DNA of 64,000 nt from the human T2T-CHM13v2.0 reference genome, Homo sapiens: the NCBI RefSeq assembly GCF_009914755.1, contig NC_060928.1. One strand, given 5' to 3'. Below the pieces are notes generated by a model. That model did no database searches. It was given only the letters and a program-made list of their open reading frames with translations, and was not told where the DNA came from. Shown here in pieces: positions 62,711-64,000 of the stretch. Numbering within the stretch: the first letter of the stretch is position 1; every line of letters begins with the position of its first letter. The position numbers and the translations under genes are program-made.

Positions 62711-63830
62711 GAAACACCAGCTGAATTCATGTTTAATACTTACGTTGCCTCTTCATGCAAGTATTTAGAAAAATATGGGTCTCACATAACTTGAGATGAT
62801 GACCCTGAGTTACAATGGTCAAAATGGGGTGCCTTGGAAATACCTAAACTAGTTTATCTGCATGCTCAATTGGAAAAACCCAGCTCTAAAATAAAACAAA
62901 ATAACTGGGAGAGCTATTTTCAATGGAAAGTAGAAACTTTTTTAGAAGCTTCTAAATAAGTTTCTAGTAAAGGCATTTGTTTGCAAGTGGAAAACAAAGG
63001 ATTGTCTAAAACAATTTCTAAATTGAAAAAGACTGCTGAAATTTCTCCCCCTTTTTCAACTCTTCCTTCCCTTTTGTTGGAACATCCTTGTCTGGACTTT
63101 ACCTCCCCTTCCTCTTCCTCCTCTTTCTCCTGCTGTTCTGGTTCCATTTTGGGAACACCCTCTGTCCAGTACAGAAGAAACTGCCTTGGTTTATCAACTA
63201 TGGTAAAAATAGAACTTAAAGGGATAACTAAAGAATTCCCAGATCCTTTTCAGAACTCTGTTGGATTTGCTAGAGGTTTTGAATTAAACATTTGAGCTTA
63301 TGATCCAGGAATTTCTGATTTATATCAACAGGTTCACATTTTAGTGTCAGAAAATAAAGCCAAAGATTGGATAGCAAAGGCAAACTGGAGAAATCTTTTA
63401 AAGGACTTCCATAATTTTTTTGAAGCCGATAGCAAATGTGCTCACAATACTGTCAAAGCTTTAGTTGACTCTATCCCCTTAGTTTTCCAAAAAGTGGTTG
63501 ATTGGAACAAAATACAACACGCTGAAAAAATCCTGTTGATCACATAATGTCATACTACGGGAAATTTGAAAGAATGTTTAAACAATATTCAGGCCTATCA
63601 GAAGAAAGTTATGCTAACCATCAAAATGATACTCTCCTTAACTCAAACTTTATAAATGAATCAGATGAAGAAATGGCAACTATAATAAATAAACAATGCC
63701 CTGGTTGGGCTACCTCTCAAACTCATAATCTAGTTAATTTTGCCAATCCAATGTTCTATACTATAACCAAAGAAGAAAAGGAAAGGGAAGTTAAATCAAG
63801 AGGAAAAGTAAATAAGTCATGAGTTTACAA
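62711..63830 (+). pseudogene. Decayed class I ERV gag (matrix- and capsid-like remnants)
   Basis: ETPAEFMFNTY...LQWSKWGALEIPKLVYL...WESYFQW, then KEFPDPFQNSVGFARGFELNI*AYDPGISDLYQQVHILV...KVVDWNKIQ; stops and frameshifts; lies downstream of the LTR and PBS. Confidence 0.75.
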
Positions 63831-63845
63831 CTAAAACAATTGTCC

Positions 63846-63985
63846 AGACCAGGTGTGGGGGCTCATGCTTGTAATCCCAGCACTTTGGGAGGCCAAGGTA
63901 GGTGGATCACTTGAGTCCAGGGGTTCAAGATCAGCCTGTGTGACATGGCAAAATCCCATTTCTACAAAATAAAAATAAAAATAAA
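63846..63985 (+). mobile_element. Alu left monomer
   Basis: Left arm with an A-rich end. Confidence 0.85.
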
Positions 63986-64000
63986 CAATTGTCCAATCAA

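Overview
This is primate (human-like) genomic DNA, not prokaryotic. The window holds the 5' half of the deubiquitinase gene USP46 on the minus strand: coding exon 1 (36010-36045) in a CpG island, an alternative first coding exon MNCFQ (33191-33205), a ~28 kb first intron, and exons 2-4 (7951-8031, 4838-5051, 2906-3135), all with canonical splice sites; the gene continues past position 1. The rest is mostly interspersed repeats: about 30 Alus, MIR/L2/L1 fragments, MaLR and other LTRs, a full LTR-internal-LTR MST element, a MER11-type solo LTR inside an Alu, and the 5' half of a decayed class I ERV (LTR, tRNA-Arg-like PBS, gag remnants). I found no new multi-gene system. The most notable observations are: (i) a translation-control layout at the USP46 5' end (two strong uORFs, a weak main AUG, and a strong in-frame Met12 giving an MGxxxS myristoylation-type start); (ii) several locally templated rearrangements upstream of the gene, namely a perfect 28-bp hairpin covering an LTR poly(A) signal, a ~117-bp inverted duplication in the MST element, a 52-nt inverted copy preserving an empty Alu site, and a 232-bp direct duplication. 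Repeat family names come from recalled consensus motifs, and their boundaries are approximate.
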